Of a stretch of 64,000 bases of DNA, positions 55,066-64,000 are shown piece by piece. The notes beneath the pieces were generated by a model. The model saw only the letters and a program-made list of their open reading frames with translations. It did not search any database and was not told where the DNA came from. Where the stretch lies: NCBI GenBank assembly GCA_963825135.1, contig CAWGRW010000009.1, forward strand, positions 288,001-352,000, given 5' to 3'. Every line of letters starts with the position of its first letter. Position 1 is the stretch's first letter. The translations under genes and the position numbers were made by a program. The DNA is from an uncultured bacterium (GTDB lineage: Bacteria > Desulfobacterota_D > UBA1144 > Nemesobacterales > UBA2774).

Positions 55066-57851
55066 TCATGAGAAATACCTGTCGTATATCTTCCTTATCG
55101 AATTCGTCTTCGCAATATATTTTTCCCTGAGCTTCTTCCCGCCCGCGCCCGCGTCGAGCTCGGACGAGAGCTTGTCGAAATCGCTCTCGTAAAGCTCGTT
55201 TATCGACCTGTCGCGGAGCAGCCTCAGGAGGTTCTCCATCTTTTTAAGGAAATAGAGGCCGTCCGAAAGCGAGACGTATTCCTTCTCCTTTATAATACCC
55301 GCGTCCCGGAGCCCGTTAAGCGCGTCGAGCGTATTCTGTCCCCTCACCTCCGCGTGCGCGGCCCCGTGCTTTAACTGGAGCATCTGGACGAGGAACTCTA
55401 TATCCACTATCCCGCCGTGCCCGGTCTTGATGTTGAGCTTCCCGGCACTCTCCCTCGCGAGCTCCGATTCCATCCTGGCGCGGAGGCGGTTTATCTCCTT
55501 ATCGAAATCTGCGGCAGGGGCTTTCCGTAAACGAATTCCTCTATGGATCCGGTAACGCGCGTTCCGAGCTTCACGTCCCCCGCCGAAGGCCTCGCCCTTA
55601 TGAGCGCCTGCCTCTCCCACACCTGTGCGCTCTCCTCGTGGTATCTCCTGAACGCCTCGTATGAGGTCACCAGCGCGCCCGAGCGCCCCGAGGGCCTGAG
55701 CCCCATGTCTATCTTGTACGCGAACCCCTCTCCCGTGGGCACGGATAGTATGGAAATCACCTTCTGCCCGAGCTTCGAGAAATACTCGTGCTCCCCGGCC
55801 TCGCCGTCGTATATGAATATGATATCCAGGTCCGAATTATAGCTGAGCTCCCTGCCGCCGAGCTTCCCCATACCGAGCACGATCATGCGCGTTCCCTTTT
55901 TCTTTCCCTTCTCCTTAACCGAGACGATGTCCCGCGCGAGACCGAGACCGACCTCGAGCACCGCCTCGGCGACGAGGGAAAGATACCAGCCGACGTAAAA
56001 GGGATCGACCTCGCCGTTTAAGTCCCGGAGACAGATCTTGAGAGTCTCCACGTGCCTGAACCTCCTTATCGCGTCGAGCTTGCCCCCGTAGTCGCTTTCC
56101 TGGGACATCGCGGATTCGAGCTCTCTCAATATGTCCTCCTTCGACGCGAACTCCGTCCTCACGCTCCTGAGCGTGATAACGTCCAGGTACTCGGGGTGCC
56201 TGATGAGGAAATTCGAGAGATACCCGCTCGTCGAGAAGAGCTTAGAGAGGAGCTCGATGATGTCGGGGTTCTCGAGCAGCACGGCGTAGATCGAGGTCCT
56301 CCAGCCGATGCCGGAGATGAAACGCTCGAGGTTGATCAGCGCCGCGTCGGGGTCGGGGGATTTCAAGATACTGCCGAGGAAGGCCGGGATCACGCGCCTC
56401 GTCGTGACGCGCCCTTCCCGCGTGAGCGCACCCCTCCTCGGGTCAAGGAGCTTCGAGAAAAGGTCGATCGCGCTCGAGGGGTTTTTAAATCCGAGTTTCT
56501 TGAGGTTATCGACCGCTTCTTTTTCATCGATATTCCCCTCGGTCAGGAAGTCGGCCGCCCTGAGGAATTCCTTTCCCGATTCCTCGGTTTTTTCAGAACG
56601 CTCGTAAAAGAGGCTCTTGAATATCTTCGACACGGAGGACGTCTTGTCCGCGTAGAGCGCCTCGAACTCGTCCCTGTCCCGGAGCCCCGCCCTCTTCGCG
56701 AGCTTCTCTATCTCCTCGGGAGAGACCGGTATCTTGTGAGTCTGCCTCTCGTCGGCGATCTGAATGTAGTGCTCCACCCTCCTGAGAAAAAGATATGAGG
56801 ACGAGAGCGTGTCGTGGACGTCCCTGTCTATTATTTTATTGGCGTTTAGTTTTTCGAGCGCACGGAGGGTGTTGTTCTCCCTGATGCCCTTTACCGCCCC
56901 GCCGTTTACGAGCTGGAGCGCCTGAATGAAGAACTCTATCTCCCTTATCCCTCCCCTGCCGAGCTTCACGTCGCGCTTCTTCTCGAGCCTGTCGAGCTTC
57001 ATCTTCATGTCCTTCAGGTCCTCTATCGACGTGAAGTCGAGGAACTTCTTGTAGACGAAGGGCTCGATCTCCTTTATGAATTCCTCGCCGAGGCGCAAAT
57101 CGCCCGCAACGGGCCTCGCCTTTATCATAGCCGCCCTCTCCCACGTATCGCCCCAGTAGAAATAGTGCTCGACCGCACCGTCTATGGGCACCGATACGGA
57201 GCTCTTGCTCCCGCCGGGCCTGAGTCCCAGGTCCACCCTGTAAAGGAAACCGTCCTCCGTCACGGCGCTCAGCGTCTTCGTAGCCCTTTCGCCGAGCCTG
57301 AAAAACGGGTCGGGGTCCCCGTCGTCCCTGTAGATATAGATGAGGTCCACGTCCGAGCTCAGGTTGAGCTCCCGGCCGCCTAACTTCCCCATACCGAGCA
57401 CGACGAACCCGCCCGCTCCGTCCATTCCGAGATCTTTCCTGTGATACGAGAGCACGGCCTCGATCACGGCGCACGCGAGGTCGGAGAGCTCCTCCATCGT
57501 ATCGGGGAAAGGGGCCGCGCCGGTTATGTCCCTGTACGCTATTCTCGCGAGCTCCCTGTATTTATACCGGGTGAGGCGCGTCTGGAGCTCCGCCTGCGAT
57601 TGTGAGGAATCCATTACGCCCCGCGATTCGTCTGAAAAACGGGCGGGGTCTTTTTTCGTCTTGAGTATTTTTGATGAATCGAGGTAATCGAGTATTCCGG
57701 GGTCTCTCAGCACAGCCCTTCTCAGGAACGAGCTCCAGGAGGCGAGCAGCTCCAGTATGTCCTTCTTTGCGGACGGGATGTCCCCGTGGAGTTCCCTGAA
57801 ACGCTCTAAAGCGGTGCGGGCGTTATCGGGGTCGGGTAATGCTCTACTCAA
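55066..57851 (-). CDS. glnE: Glutamine synthetase adenylyltransferase, frameshifted near 55512
   Basis: Two GMGKLGGRELxxxSDxD domains. The C-terminal part (NIKTGHGGIVDIEF) continues in ORF 55066-55620. Confidence 0.92.
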
Positions 57852-58161
57852 CGTTTATTTTCCTGCTTCTTTTTCCGCGCGTCCCCTTGGCTCCGCCCTT
57901 CCGGCGCGCCTTGATCCCTTCCCCCGCCTTCTTCACGAGCTCGAACCCCTTGTCCACGGCCTTTAACGGCAGCTCGCAGATGAGCTTCCTCCCCTCTTCC
58001 TTCCGGAGGAGGTCTTTTACACCCTTGATCGCGAAACCTGCGCCCACGACCATCTCCGTGGCGCTCACGATGAAATGCTCGCCTGCTTTCCCAAGGTCGC
58101 TCAAATCGAGCTTCGGCGATTTCTCTTCCGCCGCGGTCTTCTTCTGCTGCTTTCTAGCCAT
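57844..58161 (-). CDS. Hypothetical basic protein coupled to glnE
   Basis: 105-aa ORF with SD and host-like codon usage, overlapping the glnE start. Confidence 0.65.
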   Translation of the reverse strand: MARKQQKKTAAEEKSPKLDLSDLGKAGEHFIVSATEMVVGAGFAIKGVKDLLRKEEGRKLICELPLKAVDKGFELVKKAGEGIKARRKGGAKGTRGKRSRKINVE

Positions 58162-58604
58162 ATTCCCGCCTCGCCCGCCGGGCCCCGGCCGGAGCCTGTA
58201 TACCGACCCGACACCGAAATTCTACCAGAAATAAGGGCTTGTGTTTATAGCAGGCGGAGAATCCGTGTAGTATTATCTGTATGTAAGTCGCCCTCACTCC
58301 TTGTATGAAATACATTCCCTCAGCCGTGATTCCATTGCAGTAATTTCGAGCTGCGCTTTCAGTCCGACTAAAATGTAGCTCCTAGAATCGTTGCAACGAC
58401 TTCCGAACAGCAGACTCTAAGCGAGTCCACCTGCCACTCACGCAAGAAACATGCCACGCAAGCAAGATGCGTACGTAAGCCATGTCATGAACTATTGCGG
58501 ATCTGCAAAACATCGACCATAATACGGTCTCGCGAAGACAGTGCGGTGGGATGACGTTACACGAAGCGCTCGTTCTCGTCAATCCACTATGAGGATGAAA
58601 AAAC

Positions 58605-61019
58605 TCAGCTAAAATTATACGGGTCGACGTCCACTGTAACCCTCACGTCGCCAGTGAGGTTCGATATGAGCTTCCTGAGTTTTTTGGTGAAGCTCCGCAG
58701 AAGCCCCGCGTTAGTGGATTTTAGAAGCATCTGAAACCTGTATCTGTTCCTTATCTTGCTCACGGGGCAGGGAGAAGGGCCGAGTATAGTGAGCGCGCCC
58801 GGTTTTAACTTCGAGACGAGCTTCCTCGCGGTCTCTCCGGCCTTCTCCGCAGCCTCTCCCGTCTCCCGCTCGCTCTTTCCCGTGAACCTTATATTCACGA
58901 GCCTGGAGTAGGGCGGATAGCCGAGCTCCTCCCTTAATTTGAGCTCCTCTTCGAGAAACCCCTTGCTGTCCTGCCTCACCGCATGGAGGATGCTCGGGTG
59001 CTCCGGGTTGTAGGTCTGAACTATCACCTTCCCCGGCGTGTCCCCCCGCCCCGCCCTGCCCGCGACCTGCGTGACGAGCTGGAACGTCCTCTCTCCCGAG
59101 CGGAAGTCGGGAATGCCGAGCGCCATGTCGGCGGATATGACCCCCACGAGCGTAACGCCCGGAAGGTCGTGCCCCTTGGCCACCATCTGAGTCCCGATGA
59201 GGACGTCTATCTCCCCGCGCTCGAGCTTGCCGTAGAGGCTAAGCAGGCTCTTCTTCCCGGCCACGGTGTCCCTGTCCATGCGCGCGGCCTTCGCCTCCGG
59301 GATTATGCGCCTTAGCTCCTCCTCGACCTTCTGAGTGCCTATGCCTAACCCGCGCATCGACTCGCCGCACTTGAGGCACGCCCCCGGGAGTCTCTCCGAG
59401 AGCCCGCACATGTGACACCTCACGGAATCTTCCCGCGAGTGGTACGTGAGCGATACGCTGCAGTTGGGGCACTTCAATATCTCCCCGCACGCGGGACAGA
59501 TAATGAGGGTAGCGTAGCCCCGCCTGTTGAGAAAGAGTATCGTCTGCCTGTCGTGCCAGAAGTTATCCACTATCCCCTCACGGAGCATTCCCGAGAATAC
59601 GGCCCCGCCTTCGTACTTCATGTCGGCGACCTCCACCGTCGGCAGAGGCCTGTCCTCGACCCTGAGCGGTAGAGATAGGTATTCGAACTTGCGCTTGAGC
59701 GCGTTGTAGTAGGATTCGACGGAAGGGGTCGCGGAGCCGAGCACTACTACCGAGCCGGTCATCTTGCCGAGCACGAGGGCGAGGTCCCTCGCGTTATAGC
59801 ACGGGGTCTCCTCCTGCTTGTACGTGGTCTCGTGTTCCTCGTCGACGATTATCACGCCGATGTTCCTGAAGGGCGCGAATACCGCGGAGCGCGCCCCTAT
59901 CACCACCTTCACCTCGCCCCGGCTCGCCATACGCCAGGAGTCGAACCTCTCTCCGTCAGAGAGAGCGCTGTGAATCACGGCTACATTGCTCCCGAACCTC
60001 GCCCTCACCCTCTTTACGAGGAGCGGCGTGAGGGATATTTCGGGCACGAGCAGAATCGCCTCCTTCCCCTTCCCTATGACCTCCTCTATCGCGCGGAGGT
60101 ACACCTCGGTCTTTCCGCTGCCCGTCACGCCGTGCAGCAAAAACGGCGCGAACCTGCCCTTCTCTATCGCGTCTTTTATCTTTCCGCACGCGATCTCCTG
60201 GTCTATCGTGAGCACGGGGCGTTTATCTTCCTTAATATCCATTGCGCCGAACGGGTCCCTCGATATCTCCTCGTGCTCGGTGACTATGAATCCGTTCTCT
60301 TCGAGCCACGCGAGGTGCTGGCCGACCGTCCCGAATACTTCTTTGAGATCGTCGAGCGGCACCCTTCCTGCCGCGAGCACGAATTCGAGTATCTGCGACT
60401 TTGTCTTCTTTCTCTTTAACCGCTCATCGTCGAGGCGCGCTCCCTCCGCGGCCGCGATAATCTTCTCGGTCTTTATCTTCGGGTCCGATTTCAGCTCGTA
60501 CTCGAACTCGATGAGCCCCCTTCTCCTGAGCGAATTGAGGAGCTCGGCTGACGTGTTTTCCACCAGTGACAAAAGTTTCTGCGAGCTTAATTCCCCGGAA
60601 TTGAGGACTGTCTTAAGCACGAGTATTTCGTGCTCGACGAGCCTGCCGTCCTCGACCGCCCTCTTCCCGCCGTCCGTAATTTTTATCAGCCTCTTCATGC
60701 TCACCCCGAGCCCGCCCGGATGCGAGGCCTTGAGCACGATGCCGAGAGACGTCATGTAGTAATCGGCCGCCCACTTGAGGAACCCCAGCCTCTTCTCGTC
60801 GAAGAGCGGCTCGTCGTCGATGATGTCGAGCACGTATCTGAGCTCGACGCCGGGCGGAGGCTCGCCCGGGCCCGTGATGAAGCCGATAGTCCTCCTGTTC
60901 CTGAACGGGACGAGTACCCGTTTGCCTAAAGCGATGCCTTCTCGGAGATGTGCGGGGACGCCGTAGGTGTAAAGAGCCTCCCCGGGGATAGGGACAGCGA
61001 CCTGAATGGTATCTTTCAT
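58605..61019 (-). CDS. priA: Primosomal protein N'
   Basis: GVTGSGKT, DEEHE, SATPS, LNRRG, four CxxC, GTQMVAKG, QVAGRAGR, VDVDP. Confidence 0.97.
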   Translation of the reverse strand: MKDTIQVAVPIPGEALYTYGVPAHLREGIALGKRVLVPFRNRRTIGFITGPGEPPPGVELRYVLDIIDDEPLFDEKRLGFLKWAADYYMTSLGIVLKASHPGGLGVSMKRLIKITDGGKRAVEDGRLVEHEILVLKTVLNSGELSSQKLLSLVENTSAELLNSLRRRGLIEFEYELKSDPKIKTEKIIAAAEGARLDDERLKRKKTKSQILEFVLAAGRVPLDDLKEVFGTVGQHLAWLEENGFIVTEHEEISRDPFGAMDIKEDKRPVLTIDQEIACGKIKDAIEKGRFAPFLLHGVTGSGKTEVYLRAIEEVIGKGKEAILLVPEISLTPLLVKRVRARFGSNVAVIHSALSDGERFDSWRMASRGEVKVVIGARSAVFAPFRNIGVIIVDEEHETTYKQEETPCYNARDLALVLGKMTGSVVVLGSATPSVESYYNALKRKFEYLSLPLRVEDRPLPTVEVADMKYEGGAVFSGMLREGIVDNFWHDRQTILFLNRRGYATLIICPACGEILKCPNCSVSLTYHSREDSVRCHMCGLSERLPGACLKCGESMRGLGIGTQKVEEELRRIIPEAKAARMDRDTVAGKKSLLSLYGKLERGEIDVLIGTQMVAKGHDLPGVTLVGVISADMALGIPDFRSGERTFQLVTQVAGRAGRGDTPGKVIVQTYNPEHPSILHAVRQDSKGFLEEELKLREELGYPPYSRLVNIRFTGKSERETGEAAEKAGETARKLVSKLKPGALTILGPSPCPVSKIRNRYRFQMLLKSTNAGLLRSFTKKLRKLISNLTGDVRVTVDVDPYNFS

Positions 61020-61316
61020 TTTATTCCGGAGAGTCTAATTGTTTTCCCCCCCGCCCGCAATAGCGGGGGAGCGCCGGAAACGCCCCTAAAGATAGTTGTG
61101 ATACACGAGCCTTCCGTCCGGGGTAAGCCCCTTTAACGATTTACAATCACGCACGAGCCTCTATTTTGTACGCCTTAAGAATCGCGGCAACAGATACTCT
61201 TCATACTTCATTTCAGGCTTTACCGATAACATATTAATCTCATTGATGAATTCCCGGCAGCCCCCCGGAGCCGGGGCGATGCCAAAAATTAAAATAAATA
61301 AATTAAGTTTCGGATG

Positions 61317-61345
61317 TTGACAACGCCTATCACAGCAAATATGAT
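61317..61345 (+). promoter_or_regulatory. Sigma70 promoter
   Basis: TTGACA-N17-TATGAT. Confidence 0.7.
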
Positions 61346-61383
61346 TTTATTGGGCCGGCACGATACACTGGCCGGAGCATTCA

Positions 61384-62241
61384 ATGGGAAGGTTGGACAG
61401 GCTCTTAAACAAGGCAGACGACTATAAAGAAGCGGGACGCTTCGAGGACGCTCTCAATGAGTTGACGAAAGCGCTCAAGATAGCCCCCCGCGACCCGGAC
61501 GTTTATCTCTCCTTCGCCCTCACCTACGACGCGATGGAGGATTTCCATTCCTCTATATTCTATTTCAAGAAGGCCGTCGATCTCAACCCCGAAGACCCTT
61601 ACATATGGACGCAGCTCGGGATAACGCTTTCGAGAATGGGCAGGCACGGGGAATCGCTGCACGCGTACCAGACGGCGCTCGATTTCGACCCGGAATACGT
61701 CGTAGCCAAATGGCATACGGCGCTCACCTACAGGTCGATCGGTCTATACGAGGACGCGCTCCGCTACTTCAGAGAATGCAGGGATTCCGATACCGAGATC
61801 GAATACATTAAAGACGAGATAGGTTATCAGACGGGGCTCTGCTATTTCGACATGGGGTGGACCAAAGAGGCCCTTTACGAGTTCAGGAAACATCTGGAGG
61901 CATGCCCCAACGATACATGGGCCCACATGTCGATGGGGAACTGCTATTTTGATTTCGGGTGGATAGATGAATCGGCCGCGAAATTCAGGGAAGTCATTTC
62001 CCTCAATCCGGAATTCATCCCCGCGTATAACGCGCTCGCGCTTTCTCTGGCCGAGAAGGGATGGTACGACGAGGCTCTCGACGTGTTGAGGACCGCTCTG
62101 CGCATATCCCCTGATGACGAGACCATCAAGGACAACATGGACTACATACAGTCGCTCAAGGAAGACGACGACGGTGCAAAGGGCGTCATACTTCTCTGCC
62201 TGATTCTTCAGATGATGAAGAAAAAGGAAATTTCCGAGTAA
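61384..62241 (+). CDS. TPR repeat protein
   Basis: Several 34-aa TPR-like repeats (A..LxP). Confidence 0.88.
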   Translation: MGRLDRLLNKADDYKEAGRFEDALNELTKALKIAPRDPDVYLSFALTYDAMEDFHSSIFYFKKAVDLNPEDPYIWTQLGITLSRMGRHGESLHAYQTALDFDPEYVVAKWHTALTYRSIGLYEDALRYFRECRDSDTEIEYIKDEIGYQTGLCYFDMGWTKEALYEFRKHLEACPNDTWAHMSMGNCYFDFGWIDESAAKFREVISLNPEFIPAYNALALSLAEKGWYDEALDVLRTALRISPDDETIKDNMDYIQSLKEDDDGAKGVILLCLILQMMKKKEISE

Positions 62242-62318
62242 ACCCGCCACCGCTCAGGCAATAAACCCCCTTATAAAAAATACTCTCACCCGCAGCACGC
62301 TGTCGAGAAGTACCCGCA

Positions 62319-63168
62319 TCAGAAAAAGAACGTAAAGGCAGCGCTTATTACGACCAGCCTGTCGGCGTTCTTCGTATATACGTCGGGCGTGACTCCGACA
62401 ATAACGGTAAGCCGGTCGGACACGGGCGAGGTGAAACCGGCGGTAACGTTTATTATCGAAATACCGTCACTGCCGTCCGGGTCTTCAAAAGCATAAGCAG
62501 CCTCGACCACGGGCTGAAACCATGATTTCAGGAAATACCCGAAGCCTATATCGGTCGTGAAGCTCCATGAATCGCCTTCAATAATTCCGAATAGCGAAAT
62601 CGGAGTCCATCGAAAATTTATCCGTGAAGTTTTTCGTCAGTATAAGCCCGCCCGGCTCGACGATCCACCGGGCCCCGTTCCCCACGGGAAACGTAATCCC
62701 TCCCTGATAGGCGAGGGAAACGGGATACCCTCTTTCCTCATCGAGGAACCTGAACTTCACTCCGGCCTCTATATCCCCGAAGTCCGATTCAGTCTTTATT
62801 AAATCAGAATCTTCGACGTTCAGATAATTAATATTCACTCCGGCTTCCAGGTCCTCGAGCAGCCCGGGAGTCAGCCTGAGGCCGCCTCCGAACCTGACCG
62901 TATCGTTCCCGTCGTCCTCGAATTCGAGTGAGAAAAAGGGCTCGACTTCGACATGTTTTCGGGGGACCGTGTCAGCGCTCAAAACATTTATTTTGGAATT
63001 GGAGAGACCCCCTACGGCCTCAGCCTCGGTCGCGAGCGGGAAAAAGTAAAGGGCCATCAGCAGCGGGACAACGAAACCGCGGGCGGAAACGGCTCTCGCG
63101 CTCCGCCTGGCGCCGCACAAGTCAATAGTGAACTGCTTCCGCATACGATTCGCCTCACGCACAAACAC
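62319..63168 (-). CDS. Probable outer-membrane beta-barrel protein, frameshifted near 62592
   Basis: Signal peptide, amphipathic strands (FGDIEAGVKFRF) and a C-terminal Phe (AFTFFF). The frame continues as FGIIEGDSWSFTTDIGFGY. Confidence 0.6.
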
Positions 63169-63237
63169 CGCCCGCCTACGTTAAAGCCGCGGCATTTTAT
63201 GACACCTAGAATGGTGTTTATAACGACCTAATACTAT

Positions 63238-63255
63238 TTTTAGACTTATCTAAAA
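63238..63255. promoter_or_regulatory. Palindromic operator (DtxR/MntR-like) overlapping the -10 of the leftward promoter
   Basis: TTTTAGA-ctta-TCTAAAA, with TTGACA on the minus strand at 63275-63280. Confidence 0.5.
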
Positions 63256-63345
63256 TATAATGGCCGGGCCGTTGTGTCAAGACGCAGTATAAGAGGCCGG
63301 AGAAATTCACGGAAAATCCGGCTATTATATACCTTCACTAGAGCT

Positions 63346-64000
63346 ATGATTTCCACAGGGAATTACAATCCGAGACGAAGCCCCGCCGATTTTAAATCTA
63401 TCCGGCGGCTAGCCGTATTCCTGCCGGTCCTGGTGCTGCTCGTTTCTTCATCCGTAACGCTATGCTTGTCGCTGCATCCGCATAACGCTTCAGCCGTAGA
63501 AGACGCGGGCATCCCGGTACTCGGCTATGAGATTATAAAAACATACCCGCATGACCCGAACGCCTTCACGCAGGGACTGCTTATCTACGACGGTATTCTG
63601 TACGAGGGCACCGGACTCAAGGGCCGTTCTTCCCTGAGAAAGGTGGATATGGAGACGGGAAAGGTGCTCGAAGAACACAAGCTCCCCGACATACATTTCG
63701 GAGAGGGGATAGCTACCGACGGAAGAAGGATAGTACAGCTCACATGGCAAACGCATAAGGGTTTTGTTTACGACAGGGATACGTTCAAGCTAATAAAAGA
63801 GTTCAGCTACCCGACCGAAGGATGGGGCATAACGTACGACGGAAGGGACTTCATCATGAGCGACGGGAGCGCGACGCTCTACTACCTCGACCCGGAGACC
63901 TTCAAGGAGATCGGCAGGCTCGAGGTATATGACGACAAGGGCCCCGTCGTACGGCTGAACGAGCTCGAATACGTCAAGGGAGAGATATTCGCTAACGTCT
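63346..64000 (+). CDS. Glutaminyl-peptide cyclotransferase (partial, runs off the window)
   Basis: Own translation gives YPHDPNAFTQGL, LYEGTG, FGEGI, QLTW, EGWGIT, MSDGS, LNELEY. Confidence 0.92.
   Translation, partial: MISTGNYNPRRSPADFKSIRRLAVFLPVLVLLVSSSVTLCLSLHPHNASAVEDAGIPVLGYEIIKTYPHDPNAFTQGLLIYDGILYEGTGLKGRSSLRKVDMETGKVLEEHKLPDIHFGEGIATDGRRIVQLTWQTHKGFVYDRDTFKLIKEFSYPTEGWGITYDGRDFIMSDGSATLYYLDPETFKEIGRLEVYDDKGPVVRLNELEYVKGEIFANV

Noticed and set aside
55491..55620. Programmed ribosomal frameshift in glnE
   Set aside because: No slippery sequence or stimulatory element, and several similar one-base shifts in the window point to indels.

Overview
This is a bacterial chromosome segment with a GC-rich backbone of mostly housekeeping genes: hemA/hemC, folE, purEK, hldE, mtnP, rsmG, trmI, pckA, carD, glnE and priA. 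Gene content and an IPTL-CTERM protein are compatible with a Desulfobacterota-like/Dadabacteria-like organism, but this is inference only. Accessory parts are: (i) the end of an AT-rich integrative element with a tyrosine integrase abutting the 3' end of tRNA-fMet; (ii) an IS3-family element that appears to carry a methyltransferase passenger and is bounded by a 4-bp CGTA duplication; (iii) a ParDE-like toxin-antitoxin pair; (iv) a DUF347/PAP2/two-component/IPTL-CTERM/CDF-DmeR region; and (v) a relic phage-type replication origin next to a non-canonical ClC channel. The most unusual non-coding signal is an 83-bp-period repeat array that starts inside the 3' end of tRNA-Glu and carries hairpins with compensatory base changes. 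Two genes (carD and one PTPS paralog) appear to start at ATA. Five genes show single-base frameshifts that may be assembly errors. No CRISPR array or rRNA was seen. All assignments come from reading motifs by eye, not from database searches.
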